From assembly GCA_964016885.1 (NCBI GenBank), contig OZ024740.1, forward strand, positions 332,134,001-332,198,000: a DNA stretch of 64,000 bases, read 5' to 3'. The translations under genes were made by a program, and so were the position numbers. A model generated the notes under the pieces. It was not told where the DNA came from. It saw only the letters and a program-made list of their open reading frames with translations, and searched no databases. Origin of the DNA: Eledone cirrhosa (lineage: Eukaryota). Below are positions 28,635 to 43,203 of the stretch, piece by piece (within the stretch, counting starts at the first letter, position 1; each line of letters starts with the position of its first letter).

Positions 28635-28780
28635 AGGGGTGGTGGATTGGCAGTATCGGTAGAGGGTCAATCCCGCAGAGGTTAACTTTGCCTTTCATCG
28701 TTACGGCGTCGATAAAATAAAGTACCAGTAATACACTGAATATAATTGCGGGCCTTGTGCCAATAGTAGAAACAATTATT
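28635..28780 (+). mobile_element. tRNA-derived SINE (internally deleted)
   Basis: tggcagtatcggtagag...gaggttaactttgcctttcatc...gtaccag...agaaacaattatt. Confidence 0.85.
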
Positions 28781-29039
28781 AAAGTGTTAGCCAACTTTTC
28801 TCATGTTTGACAACTATATGGCAGTATTATTCGATTGCTGTTGCTGTGGTTGATTTTTAGAGTAGGTTGTTTTGTGTTAGCATCCGTGTGTTCGGAGAAT
28901 AATTTGTCTAATTCTTTGCATTCTGAGTTCAAATCCCGAAGAAATAAGCTTTGCTTTCACAACTCAGCATCGCTACCCCAGTGAGGTGGGCCCGGACGGA
29001 GTATGGGACCACATGTATGAATGGGCCACTTCGTGATCC

Positions 29040-29240
29040 CAGCGTACAGAACTTTGCACGTGAGGATGAGGAGGGTGTCACGTTTCAATAGCCATTCTAA
29101 CAGGTGGGGCTTACTCCTACATGTGGCCAACTTTGCCCCGATAGTAATAAAGAGAAATGTGGTCCGGGGGCCAAGAACACCGGTAGACTCTACAGCTACA
29201 AGTTCGAACACGTGGCTGCCAGGGAACGACCGATATTTCG
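29040..29240 (-). mobile_element. Degenerate CRE-like endonuclease fragment
   Basis: FELVAVESTGVLGPR...IGAKL...EWL; homologous to 1283-1575. Confidence 0.65.
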
Positions 29241-30089
29241 ATGTGATTATCTGCGTGTATAAATATAGCTGGTGGTGAAGACACCGTAAATGATTTTTGT
29301 TACAGATGCTGTGTATGTGGTTTGTGGGGATTTCAAAACCTGGTAGACGAAAGCATCTGGGTAGTCAGGGATTTCAGATGTTGCTGGAGATGACGTTGTT
29401 TTCAATCATTTTTAATGGTAAAACAAAAATAATATTTAAAAAAAAAAAACAGAAGAAAATGAGAAACGATAGAATGTGTGTTATCTTTGCAATAATTAAT
29501 AGCTTCGATCTATTTCACATATCATATTCATTTCTAATAAGGTTGTTAGGTATTTCGGAGGGTAGCGTGTTCGACTTTCATATCGCTTGTGTTCACATCT
29601 AACGGTAGAGAGATGTGCGTATTGAGTGCCCATGCGGTTCTCGGTTGAGTCTACTTTTCGGATAGTCAACCTGACAGGTTTGCTAGATAGTAGTAATTCA
29701 TGGAGTGTTGGTGAGGGTGGTGATGATGGTGACTAACCAGCCAGCACTTGCGGCAACATGCTGACAAACTACCATTTCATCAGTGGCGGTGGGGCTTAAG
29801 AACATTATTCTGAATGAATAATTTTGAGATAGAGTGTCCGTGTTGTTTGCTCTGATCAGAGCAAACAACACGGACACTCTATCTCAAAATTATTTTTGAA
29901 AAGGATTTAGAAATGGGCAACCGGTAAAAACTTAAAAACTTAAAACCACAACTGAATACTAACCCATACAATTACTAATACTCTTTTATTCCTAATTAAA
30001 TTATTTTTCAACTGTGAACAATTTGTCAGCATTTTCTATTCCGTTTACCAATATATAATAACTCGTGTGTTACACCTCTATTCTTTTAA

Positions 30090-30121
<32 letters not shown>

Positions 30122-30795
30122 AATTATGTGTATAGCAAGTATGAAGTGAGTCGAATACATGTACAAATTGTAGATTGAATACATGTATCAGAGATTCATT
30201 ATGTCTTAAGTGGAAGATTTGATTGTAGTTTGGTTGAAATGAGGGTAATTGGGAATCATTGATTTTTAAACAAGAATACATATGTAGCACGTTTTAAGTT
30301 ATTGGCAAAATTTGATTCATGCTCACTCAATTTTGATATTGAAGAAAAGTGAACCCTAAGTGAACAGAGTGAAATTAAATCATCTACTGAGTAAAAAGCG
30401 AGTTATTTATCCATCAAACTGAGTTCAAACGACGTTCAAATTTCCATCCGGTTTGTGTTAACAGTAGAATCAGCAATGTAATGCGAGATTAAAGAAATAT
30501 AATCATCACGAGGTGAAATAATCTATTTGTATACTACGGCGTTCTGTGAGAAGAGGTTATGATGTTAAAGTTTCGATAGAATAAACTATGTAAATTGTAT
30601 GGAAAAACCTATGTACATGTCTTGGCGTCCCAACACGTCAGAAGGTGAACATCGATGTAGTATAACGAGAGATAAGAGGGTAGTTACTATCTGGTTTGCC
30701 ATTTTGTAAGTCGTGGGTGATATCGTGTTTTGTTTACTACATGTACTTCGAAAATGACGAATATTAAATAGGATACGAAAATATAAATATTTTTC

Positions 30796-30880
<85 letters not shown>

Positions 30881-30917
30881 TTCACACACGCGCGCACATT
30901 CACACACACACACACAT

Positions 30918-30948
<31 letters not shown>

Positions 30949-31041
30949 CAGGTTGTCCCAAAAAGATGTATACACACGTTGATTAGCTGTACTGGAAATA
31001 TTTATCAGAATGTTGTTGAAGTGTGTATTCATTTTGGGGGA
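30949..31041. mobile_element. Tc1/mariner-like MITE remnant
   Basis: TA|CAGGTTGTCCCAAAA...tacacac and an imperfect complement gtgtgtattcattttgggg. Confidence 0.55.
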
Positions 31042-31100
31042 ATATATATATATAAAGTGTTACATGTATTATAAGATGTGTAGGGATAAAAGCTATGATT

Positions 31101-31290
31101 AATAATTGTTTCTACTTTAGGCACAAGGCCAGAAATTCACCAGTGCATTACTGCTACTTTATTTTATCGACCTCGTAAGGATGAAAGGCAAAGTCAACCT
31201 CGGCGGGATTTGAACTCAGATCGTAAAGGGACGTAACTATGCTGGAAAGCATGGCGTCCGACCCTTTACTGATACTGCCAATCCACATGA
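31101..31290 (-). mobile_element. tRNA-derived SINE
   Basis: Near-identical to 59740-59920; has A box (tggcagtatcagt), B box and core. Confidence 0.9.
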
Positions 31291-31989
31291 CATTGTACAC
31301 ATCATGATTATACGCCGCCTGTGGAACGGAGACATAAAACATCCTCCATACTGTGATTGAAGAAGTATTAATACTACAGCAACTCATCAAACTAGCACAG
31401 CCTGAAGCATCAACAATTAAGTGATATGTAATGTTTTGGGGCAGTTTCGATATGTCTTATTTCATTTATATATCTCTGAAAAAAATGTAACTGTACGAAA
31501 TGGAGACGCCAAAAATCTATGCAAATATGTTTGACAACAATGACTACGAATAGTCAACTAATATCTCTCTGGAATCCCAAGTACAGCAGCATGGCTCTTT
31601 TAGAACATCGATGTCAAAAGTTATTTTATCAAATATCTAATGTATGTGATGTAGATGAGTTTTGAAATATTACCTCAACAACGCAACCAAAGTGTCAATC
31701 GTAATAATGCCATGATAATTCAAGGTATAAGATTTATAATGGATTCAAATATGTAATAAAAACGAATCTCATCAACTCCATTAATTTCCTACGTAGCCAA
31801 GTAGACGGGATAAAATCACATTATGAAACCCATTAAATTATTTTACCTGGTAGTATTTCAAATTCTTTCAGAAACATTCCAACTTCAACTCGCATTCCAA
31901 CACACACACACATATATATATAAACATATATGTGTGTCTATGTACATATATATGTGTATGTATATGTGTAAGCGCATATATACACACAT

Positions 31990-32035
<46 letters not shown>

Positions 32036-32062
32036 GTATATACGTAAATACATATGTGCATA

Positions 32063-32155
<93 letters not shown>

Positions 32156-33149
32156 GTGTGTGTGTTTGTTTGTTTGTGTGCTTCTGTGTGTATTTATGTG
32201 TGTGTATGTGCGTGTATATATATATATTTCAAGAAGGTAGAAAATCGTGTGCGTATGTGTGCGTGTGCATGCGTGTATACGTGGTTGCTGATACACACAG
32301 ACATACGATATTGATATATTGAAGTATAGATGCCTGTATATATGTAAATGAAAATAACTGTGCTATTCTAAGGTTTCAGTAGGGAAAATCACTTGATTAC
32401 CGAAAGCCATTACGCATTAAATATATTGCATCTGTCAATATTGTTTATATTATTTGAAGAAGGAAACTTTGAATGAGTTATCAAAAGTGAAATGTTTTTT
32501 TGACTTAAGATGAAATAGATTATTTAAAGTACTAGGTATGTCTTTAATAATTGCTGTTTGAGAAATGTGCTTTCTTTCTGCTACAGAGAAAGAAATACCT
32601 TGATATCTTGGAGTATATACATACTCCACACGGGTGTATATGTAACAAGGCAGATTATAAATAGAGTTCCAAGTGCTTGGATAAATAACAACAGCCTCAT
32701 ATATATATATAATTAGTTACAAAAGTGACATATACAGGTACTTAAGTTTCATTGGGTTATACACCCCCAATTCATTCAGCCTATTGAATGTGTTGGGGTT
32801 ATATAACCAAACGAAACTTAACTAACTGTATATGACACTGTTGTAAATAATTATACTTAACACGTCCTATGGACGGAGTGAGAGAAGCAAGAAAAAAAAG
32901 ACAGACAAATGTCAGTAAAGAAAGATGAAGTAAAATATTAACATTTTAGAATGAGGCTTCTCTGTTTAGTGTGTGTGTGTGTGTATGTTTGCGTGGGGGG
33001 GGGGAGTCTGCGTGTGTGTGTTTGTACACATTTTTGACTGTACGAAAGTCAAAACGGATGGAACAATGCAAACACACACAAACATACACACACACACACA
33101 CACATGCACAAGAACGCGCACCAGGCTGGTTAGAGAAAATTTGGTGGTT

Positions 33150-33700
33150 CTGAATTAAAATGCCAATTCTTGCCCAGTCTTGAAGTGAGAATTTGGTGAG
33201 GCCGGAATCTGAGAGGTATTGTATATATGAATGATAAAACGGTACTGACAGGCAATATATGTGTCCCTGGGGTGGCCAGTTAGTCCAAGGAAGATGGTCC
33301 TACTGAGCGAACACCAGAGGAGTGGGACGACGTTTGTAAAGGTATAGGTAAAAGTGTGATGAGTGCCTAAGGAATGACGATGCGGACCGATGAGGTTTGT
33401 GATGTTGGCGAGGTTGTATGGCCATGCTACGTGCTTTTGCTACATACATAAAACCCTCTCCATCCCCGCAGATATGTGTCCATCTTCAAGCCAAGGCAAG
33501 ATAACAGGACAGTTACGAGCATCATATGTTTTATTCTCCTTGAGTTTAACCTCTCTGGGATGTGTAGCCATACTGACCACCTTTGGCTAATTGCAGTTTG
33601 GTGAAGATACTTAATCAATAGTTGGGGTGAACAACATGGCCGTTGTTTCTGTGGAGGTCGTCCACTATCAAACAGGTCTTGTTTTTGTGTTGCTATTTCT
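33150..33700 (-). mobile_element. Possible highly decayed Penelope GIY-YIG region
   Basis: GC-richer island with scattered HTFT / IYC-like codons on the minus strand; no continuous frame. Confidence 0.3.
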
Positions 33701-33920
33701 ACTTACCTTCCTCACCTTACCAGGGTTTGGTGGCGCAGCCGGTTTTATCGCCGATCATCCTAACATGAAATAAGTTGTACTGGGCTACATGGAACCAGTA
33801 GCAGGCAGAGACCTCTCTCTGTCTCTCTCTCTCTCTCTCTGTCTCTCTCTCCCTCTATCTCTCCCCCTCTCTCTCTCCCACTCTCTCTTTCTATATATAT
33901 ATATATCTCACACACTCATT

Positions 33921-33981
<61 letters not shown>

Positions 33982-34341
33982 CCCCCACACACACACACAC
34001 ACAGACCCCCCCCCCACACACACACACACCTACACACGCACATATATATATTCTTTTTATCAAGACTAAATAGGGAGTCTTGTTTTTCTGGAGTTTCGCT
34101 TGTTTATCACAAGGTCATTGGTAAAGAACTTATATACATATAAACCAAATATCAGAGATGTGTGAGAGTACTCTTGCGTTGGAATATCTTATAAATTAAA
34201 AGTAATGAATCGAGCGGAAAAGCGGACAAAACAGGAACAGAAAGAAATGATGAGTTAACAGAGGATAGTACAGGAAGGAATGAGAACATATTTTATGAAC
34301 TGGACAAACGCAACAAAAACAACGAAGAATTACGATCGTAC

Positions 34342-34545
34342 CTGTTTCAATGCAGACATTATTGCCTCACCATGCATCCAAGGTAAGGCATCCTTTATGT
34401 AACAAGGTACACCTTTTGTCTTATTATGGTTGTAGACAATTCCGCGCCGGAATGTGTGTTGAAACACTTTTATGTCTTTCTTTAACATATCTTCTAGGGC
34501 ATGAACTATCACGTTGGTAGCATCGATCGAAAGTGCTACTTCATG
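34342..34545 (-). CDS. AMPA-type glutamate receptor, internal exon (amino-terminal domain)
   Basis: Acceptor atttttattttcag, donor gtacga; 204 nt, phase 0-0. Encodes HEVALSIDATNVIVHAL...FRRGIVYNHNKTKGVPCYIKDALPWMHGEAIMSALKQ, matching GluA SAL.YD...RRG...C...PW.QG..I..ALKQ. Confidence 0.92.
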
Positions 34546-36704
34546 CTGAAAATAAAAAATTAAATAGAAATTAGAAAATCAAATTAAAATTTCGGACCTG
34601 TTGAAGAATAAATTATTCTTTTATGCTATGCAGCACAATTTTTTTTTTAATTGCTTAGTCAGAAATTAAAGGGCAAATCCCACGTCTCTTTTCAGGATCT
34701 CTGATACTGGTGGGAGGAAGGAAGGATGTCATCCATGAACTGGAGACCTAGTTCTGGAATGTTTGTCTATTTCAGCCGTTTGCCTTCTGAGTTCGCCTAA
34801 GATATTACTTATATTTCCGGATTCTTTGCGTTTTGAGTTTAAATTCTGCTGTAATCTAAATGTACCCGGCTTAAAATGACTCGATTAAATTTACCACATG
34901 TCTCTTGGGTGTTTTAGCGGAATCTAAATAAATCATGACGTCCTAAAAGATACCGCAATGCATATCCTCCAATTGGATTGGTAAATTAATTTTTCGATAT
35001 TGATAGGATGACAGCAAAATTGACTTGTGATATATTTGAACTCAGCTTATAGAGATCCGTAGCCCAAAGTGAAAGGCATTTTTGTTTTTAGCTTTAAGGT
35101 ATTTGAATTTCATCACCTATATACAAATGCTGTTAATTCATCTGTACTTGTGATGTCGCATTCTATCAAAATAAATGTATCAGTACAATTGATATGAAAA
35201 AATACAAATATAATTATCTGCATTATCTTTATCATATTAATCATTGTCACCGATATTGTCATTCTATTCTAATCAGAAAAAAATATAAATATTTATATAT
35301 ATTCTGAATGATCTAATTACTCAAGAAGGGAATCCTATTTCTGCAAATTAATGTACACCTGATATTATTGTTATTGTTTCATATATAACCACATATTCTG
35401 TATCAAAACGCTGACATATTTTTCAGTCCTGACATCGAGCTAATGAGTGGGCCTCAGTGGAGTATATCATTCTGCTAGAAATAATAGCTACATATCCGTC
35501 AAAGTCTGCCATACATATTATTATTCTATATGTATTTCGATATAATTTTTTAATACAACTAACTTTTTCCTACAAATAATACTGAATAGTTAGGACAAGA
35601 AATAAATCTGATAATCGGTCTCTCCTGGATCAAGACTAAATGACGTTAAACGACAACATCAACAACAGTAATCCTAACATGAAGCATGTTTTCTATTCAG
35701 AATTTAAGCATATTACTACATTTCAATTTCCCATAAGCACTCGAAATTTAGCATCGCTTAAAATCTAGATTTATTTATCTACAGCTTATAATAATCCGAA
35801 GCAAATCGGGTGAGTGCGATGACACTAGTGTTTGCTAACATTTGCCTCCTATGCTTAAGTTATGGTAAAAGTCAGTGTTCAATATAACAGGCAAAATGGA
35901 TTATGTACAGGCTACAAATCTCACTGTCAAGATCTTGTCTAGAAATTTATTGAATTGTGTAAAATTATATCTTCTGCGCTCTAATCAAAAGAATGTCTAT
36001 GTCTTTATCATCCAATATCATCGCGAAACCATGTAGTGGAAATTGGAGCAGAATTGTGGAACGAGAGTTCCACGTCACAAAATGGAATAGAAGGTAACTG
36101 TCGTCAGCCATTTGCATCAAAACAGAAGTGAGCTGGAGCGGCTTGTGCGCAGTTCCTTTCAAAAATCTCTCTATATTGGAGATGATACAGAAGAATTTCA
36201 CTTGTGTCAAATGTTGAAAGAATTCTAGCAAGAAACATCGACAAAACGATATATTACACGACAAGACATTCATCTACTCGATTTTGATATTCCAGAACCA
36301 TTATTTGTGTAAAATTCTGGGATTAGCACATGTCGTTGTACACAGCTTTCTTTGATCTCAACAAAGCCTTTTATTCCTTACATACTCGAGGTATGTGAAA
36401 GGTTCTTGCCAAAACAGCCTATCCAGAAAAAAAAATTAAAATCACTTTGATTTACCATATCGTAAAATCAAGGAGGCTTTTCATCTTAAAACGCATTCAT
36501 ACCATATTTATAGCAGTGAGAACTGATCATAAAATACCCGTGATATATAGGAGTGGTTCGACAAGGATAGGGCTCATATTACAAAGAGATTGCGAAAGTG
36601 ATACTCCGTGTAGCGACATAACACAGACTCAATAAATATTATTCCACTCTACCTAATAGGGTTGAGTATTTTCATTCGCTTAATGACACCTCAGACTGCA
36701 ATGC

Positions 36705-36742
<38 letters not shown>

Positions 36743-38866
36743 AGTGTGTATGTGTGCTTGTGTGTGTGGGTGTGTGCTTGTGTGTTTGTGTATGTGCTTG
36801 TGTGTCTGTGTGTTTGTGGTGTGTGTGTCTGTGTGTGTGTGTCCTCCATGTGTATTAATGACAATCACATAAGACAGAATACAAAAGAAATTCAACCTTA
36901 GTCTTATCTGCGTTACGTTGAAAAACCTGCCACGCTTTTCTCAAATTTTTATTATTATTGATATATTTTTAACATATAATGAACTGCACAATATTCCAGT
37001 TGCTCACAATAATTCGTGGAGAGTGAGAAGAAAGCAAATGGGTTTCTCTGCTCTGTGAAGTGAATGAGGGATGACAAAATAATGAAAAACCAAAATATTC
37101 AATTATATTAATGGCACGTGCAAACAGAAATAACCATAGAGACAACTCTTTTGAAAATAATGGGAAATATGAAGACTTGTTTCTGACAATAGTTTTCTGT
37201 AGGTGTATTAATTTTAGAATACCGTTTATGTATATTTTTTCTCTCAGCGTTCTCGTTTGTTTATTTCTAGTAGGTGCCTTTCATTTGTTTCGTTTATTAT
37301 ATTTTCGATTTTGTATATACTTTTCTGGTTTTTTTCCCCATTTGTTAGGATATAACTTTAATTCTTTTGTGTTATTGCTTGTTCTTTTTAGTTAGTTCAC
37401 ATACGTTTATTTCTTTCACTCATTTCGGCGCATTACGTTAGTCACGAGCTTCTCTCCATTTAGAATATGACAAAAAATCCTGGGGAACATACATAAACAA
37501 AGGGATATATATACCCGCATATATATATGTGTGTGTGTGTGTGTGTATGCAGTTAGAGAGAACAACATCCACTACTGCGGTGGCCAAAACATGCAATTAT
37601 ATAATATATATACATATGTGTGTGTGTGTGGTGTATTTCCTGTGTTTATATGCAGGGCTTATACAAATATTGGTCACTTTTCAGTGTTCTTATATTTCTG
37701 CACCTAACATATTTTTCTTTGTTATCCATCTTTAGCAACTGTTCAGTAAGAGTTTTCATCTCAAATGGAAAGTTCTACTCGGCAACACATTTGAGCACTT
37801 CGCAAAATCATTTCTTATTAGATAAATTATATGCCAACATATATTTTAATGTCACATTAAATAGTTAAAGTGGATCCCCAACTTATGCTCTTGTCTAAGC
37901 TATATCAGTTGGATTACATAAATAGATACTGTAATCTACTCCTTTTCAGCGTAAAAGTAACTCGGTAACTCGATACAAAACTCCGCAATAAACCACATAA
38001 AACAGTGTGAAACTTAAAATACACTTTAGAAAGGAAAGAAAAAAATGTTTTTTTAAGTAAACTACCATGCACTAAGAGTTTACAATTAAATATCCGAAAT
38101 GAAAAACTAAAAACTAAAAGAAAAACATAAAAAAAAAGTCTATTATGAATAAAGAACACAAATGTATTTTTTTCATCTGATGAACGCATTTACACAAAGT
38201 GAAAATTATAAAAATCTATATTTATAAATAAAAACAATACAACATCCATTCAACTCATATATGTTTATCCATCAAAGTAAAAAAATATATTTTGACAACT
38301 ACCTTCTAGCAACTGTCCAAAAAACATATTAAATATGTTTACACTAACTTAAAACTATCGCTAATGAACGTTGAAACGCCAATTAGAAAACGTAACCGAG
38401 AAATAATTTATTAACTTAAACTGAAGCATGAGAGCAATCGAAATACCAAAAGAAAACAAAAGCCTAGCTGGAAATGAAATACAAAATTTTACTAAAATTA
38501 TAATGCTTGGAACTCAACATAAATAATCCTGGCATATATTTTCTACGATACCAACACAAACAGCCGTCATATCCACTCTCATCCACACTCACACCTATAA
38601 ATGTAGAGAAGATAGATAGATATGAGCACTTATGCTTAGAATACGATCGAAATTGAAAATTCTAAAATTGAATTAGAATTTTCAGTGTATTTTGACACTA
38701 AAAATAGTTTAATACCTACGCATATAAGCCTCCATATCGGGAAAAATGGGCATTACCAGGCCTGGTGAAGTCCTTCTTTTCTCCGTTATGGAGGCCTATA
38801 TAGCCAGTTAGCAGACTATATTCTACATACACAGACACACACCACTCGCTCTCTCTCTCTCTCTTC

Positions 38867-39023
<157 letters not shown>

Positions 39024-39110
39024 GGAAAATTTGAACAGGAACAAAACAGAGAGGCAGTACAACGAATGTTTATTAATTTCACGCTCTTGAGAGTGGGGTG
39101 GTGGTGGGGA

Positions 39111-39142
39111 ACGACGTTTCGGGCATAAGCCCTTCTTCAGGT
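39111..39142 (-). ncRNA. Minimal hammerhead in a Penelope-type terminal repeat (element about 39021-39655)
   Basis: CTGAAGA A GGGC ttat GCCC GAAACGTC; stem I only 2 bp. Related copy at 54803-54833 has GACAC in place of GAAAC. Confidence 0.75.
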
Positions 39143-39660
39143 GAAAAGTGTGTGGGTAGAGAGTTCAAAGGGTGTGTAGGGGAGTGGTGGAGAGACATAT
39201 AGCGAAAAGGGGGTGGGAGGAAACGGTGCGAATGAAATAAAAATAAAAAACAAAAAAAAAAGCATGATCAAAATAAAATTAAAATGGGGTAAAACAGGTG
39301 GTGGAAGGGTGTGGGGCGTGTAGGGGTGGTTGCGGGTGGAGTGGGGAGAGGGAGGCGGGGTGTCTGAGCGGGGAGGGCTGAAGGTGGTGTGTGTGTGTAG
39401 GTGTACGTGTGTGTGTGTGCGTGTGTGTATGTGAAAGCAAGGGTTGGGGGAAGAACGGGGTTGCATGTTCAGGAAGAGGAGTATGTGGTGTGAGGTGTAG
39501 GTCGGAGTGTGTGTGCATGTGTGGATAGAGGGGTGGGGGGAGAGGAATCCGGAGGCTGAATGTGTAAATATGCGGTGGAACGCACGTGTGTGTGGGGTTT
39601 AAGCGTGTTGTGGGTGTAGGTGGTGCGTGGGAAAAAAAAAATTTGGGGGGTGTGTGGGTA

Positions 39661-39831
39661 ATAACAAAGGAAGTGTGGTAAGGAAACAGATGGACCATAA
39701 CGCACCAGAGTACTCAATACTTAGCGTAGTAGAGTGGGTAACAGGAAAATGTTTAACCCCGACGGCAGAGCTCAAACCGTTTCGACAGCTATATATATAT
39801 ATATATGTTTTTTTCTTCTCTCTCTCTCTCT

Positions 39832-39865
<34 letters not shown>

Positions 39866-40053
39866 CAAAGGAATTGTGGTAAGGAACCAGATGGACCATA
39901 ACGCACCAGAGTACTCGATACTTAGGGTAGTAGAGTGGAAATAGGAAAAAGTATGACCCCGACGGCAGATCTCAAGCCGTTTCGACGGCTATTTCTGAGT
40001 CCAGAAATAGCCGTCGAAACGGCTTGAGCTCTGCTGTCGGGGTCATACTTTTT

Positions 40054-40057
<4 letters not shown>
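39661..40057. mobile_element. Two truncated terminal-repeat copies, the second folded back on itself
   Basis: 39661-39790 and 39863-39996 are direct copies; 39941-40057 is an almost perfect palindrome. Confidence 0.85.
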
Positions 40058-40115
<58 letters not shown>

Positions 40116-40156
40116 GTATATATATATATTATATATATGTATATATATATATTATA

Positions 40157-40218
<62 letters not shown>

Positions 40219-40333
40219 TATATATATATATATACATATCTATATGATGGATTTTAAAAGGAGGCTAAACTATGTGACTAGTAGCGAACTCATAGCACAG
40301 AATAGTTGTGGCTATGTAGAGTGGGTGATGTAA

Positions 40334-40545
40334 TAATGGTTTCTGATTTTGGCAGAAAGCCAGCAATTTTGGGAGAGGGGAAATCAATTAAATCAACTCC
40401 AGTGGGTGACTGGTACTTTATTTATCGACCCCGTAAGGATAAAAGGCAAAGCTAACTTCGGCTGGATTTAAACTCAGAATGTAAAGGGCCGTAGCTCTAT
40501 ATCACAAAGCAGGGTGTCCGACGCGCCACTGCATTGGGAGGTGTA
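40334..40545 (-). mobile_element. tRNA-derived SINE (diverged)
   Basis: ctggtactttatttatcgaccccgtaaggataaaaggcaaagctaacttcggctggatttaaactcag. Confidence 0.8.
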
Positions 40546-41013
40546 ATAATAAATAGAATCTAGAGAAGGTAGTATTCAACGCATGGCACTACAAGTAGAC
40601 TGGCCGTATCAATCTCGTTGATCTCTCCAAAATTTTACCACAATATTCTTCTAAAGTCTTGGTGGTTGGCCGTTCAGAATCAATGATATTACTATTAATC
40701 AGCATCATAGCAACAGAAAGATATCTAGATGCATAGATAAATTGTAAGACAAAAAGACGAACAGATACAGAGTTTGTGATATATTCAGACAGACATATGC
40801 TCAAATTACCACTTTCTAAAATCTATCATAAAGCGGTTGTGACAAGGTCATCCCCTTTATTATACCAGATTAGATATTGTGATTAAAATATAGATTTTAA
40901 AACATTTAAACATTAATTGATTGAACACTCACTTTCCTGGGTAGAATATTGAGTATTCAATAAATTAAACTTGTATACACACACACACACACACGTATAT
41001 ATATATATATATG

Positions 41014-41089
<76 letters not shown>

Positions 41090-41340
41090 TTGTAGGCCCC
41101 TGACCATTTCAGCAAAGCTACCAATGAATAGCTTAACTGAACCTTAAAAATCAGGAGTACTCCCCCCCCCCCACCAGTGTGGGCCTGTGTCTAGAATTTT
41201 GTTCTGCCTTTGTTACTCTAAACATAGTTTTTTAAAGAATTCCACTTTCTTTAATCAACCAATGACCTCCACCCATCCTAATCACCACCCTCTCCCACTA
41301 CCAGAAGAGGTATAAATACCACCATATTACATGGACAGTC

Positions 41341-41391
41341 GGCTTCCTGATGATTTCTCCCGAATGAAACAGGTCTAGTCATGTAGAAGCC
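41341..41391 (+). ncRNA. Type I hammerhead ribozyme in a roughly 315 bp element (41089-41405)
   Basis: Stem I GGCTTC/GAAGCC; CTGATGA; stem II TTC/GAA; GAAACA...TGT A^. Confidence 0.85.
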
Positions 41392-41419
41392 ATTTCTATA
41401 TTGAATATATATATATATA

Positions 41420-41545
41420 GTGAAGGCGTGTGGCTGAGTGGTTAGGGAATTGGATTCGCAATCGTAAGGTTGTGAGTTCGATTCCTAGACCAGGCGATGC
41501 GTTATGTCCTTGAGCAAGACACTTTATTTCACGTTGCTCCTTCTA
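41420..41545 (+). mobile_element. Second tRNA-derived SINE family (head and core)
   Basis: A box tggctgagtggt, B box gagttcgattcc, then tgtccttgagcaagacacttt (CORE/V-type core). Confidence 0.75.
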
Positions 41546-41679
41546 CCTGGAGTTGCGACCGATAGATAGTATTAGCAATTGGAAAGACCAACGGAAACAT
41601 TGTTCCCTCGGTCCGATTTGACAAAAAAGTCGATCGTTTTTTTCATATATATTTATATATATATATATAGAGAGAGAGA

Positions 41680-42153
41680 GACGGTTGTCCCCTTGCTTCT
41701 GCTGGACACCATCAGAGGGCGTTAGTCCCGGTGTTTGCAGGGCTACGGCTTCCTAAAACCGTGTTCCTTTAGAAATACGAAATGTATATACATATTTCTA
41801 TAACTCTATGCTTGAAGCGAAATCCTATTTCTATTCTATTATAAGTTGAGCCAACTTATGCGGCTTCATATGCAAACGAGATTAATCACCTCATTTACAC
41901 AGACGAGAAAACTATATATTCTCGACTGTTTTCAAGTCCAGCAATTGCAAGCGGTGGAAGGGACAGTCCTGAAGAAGGTCAGTCAAGCCTGAAATGCATA
42001 GACGATTGTCCCTCTTGCTTTTGCTGGACACGTGAATAGGGCGTTAGTCCCGGTGTTTGCATAGATACGGCTTCCTAAAACCGTGTTTCTTTAGAAATAC
42101 GAAGTTTCTATACATATCTGTATAACGCTATGCTTGAAGCGAAACCCTATTTC

Positions 42154-42158
<5 letters not shown>
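41680..42158 (+). mobile_element. Retrozyme-like element: 1.5 copies of a 321 nt unit with one hammerhead
   Basis: 41680-41835 is repeated at 42001-42158; hammerhead at 41966-42003; microsatellite on both sides; no ORF. Confidence 0.8.
41966..42003 (+). ncRNA. Minimal type I hammerhead ribozyme
   Basis: GTC CTGAAGA AGG..CCT GAAATGCAT A^GAC; palindromic stem III ATGCAT. Confidence 0.8.

Positions 42159-43203
<1,045 letters not shown>

Noticed and set aside
31200-31285. tRNA gene suggested by A and B boxes (also 41425-41495)
   Set aside because: These are SINE heads continuing into SINE cores; no full cloverleaf.
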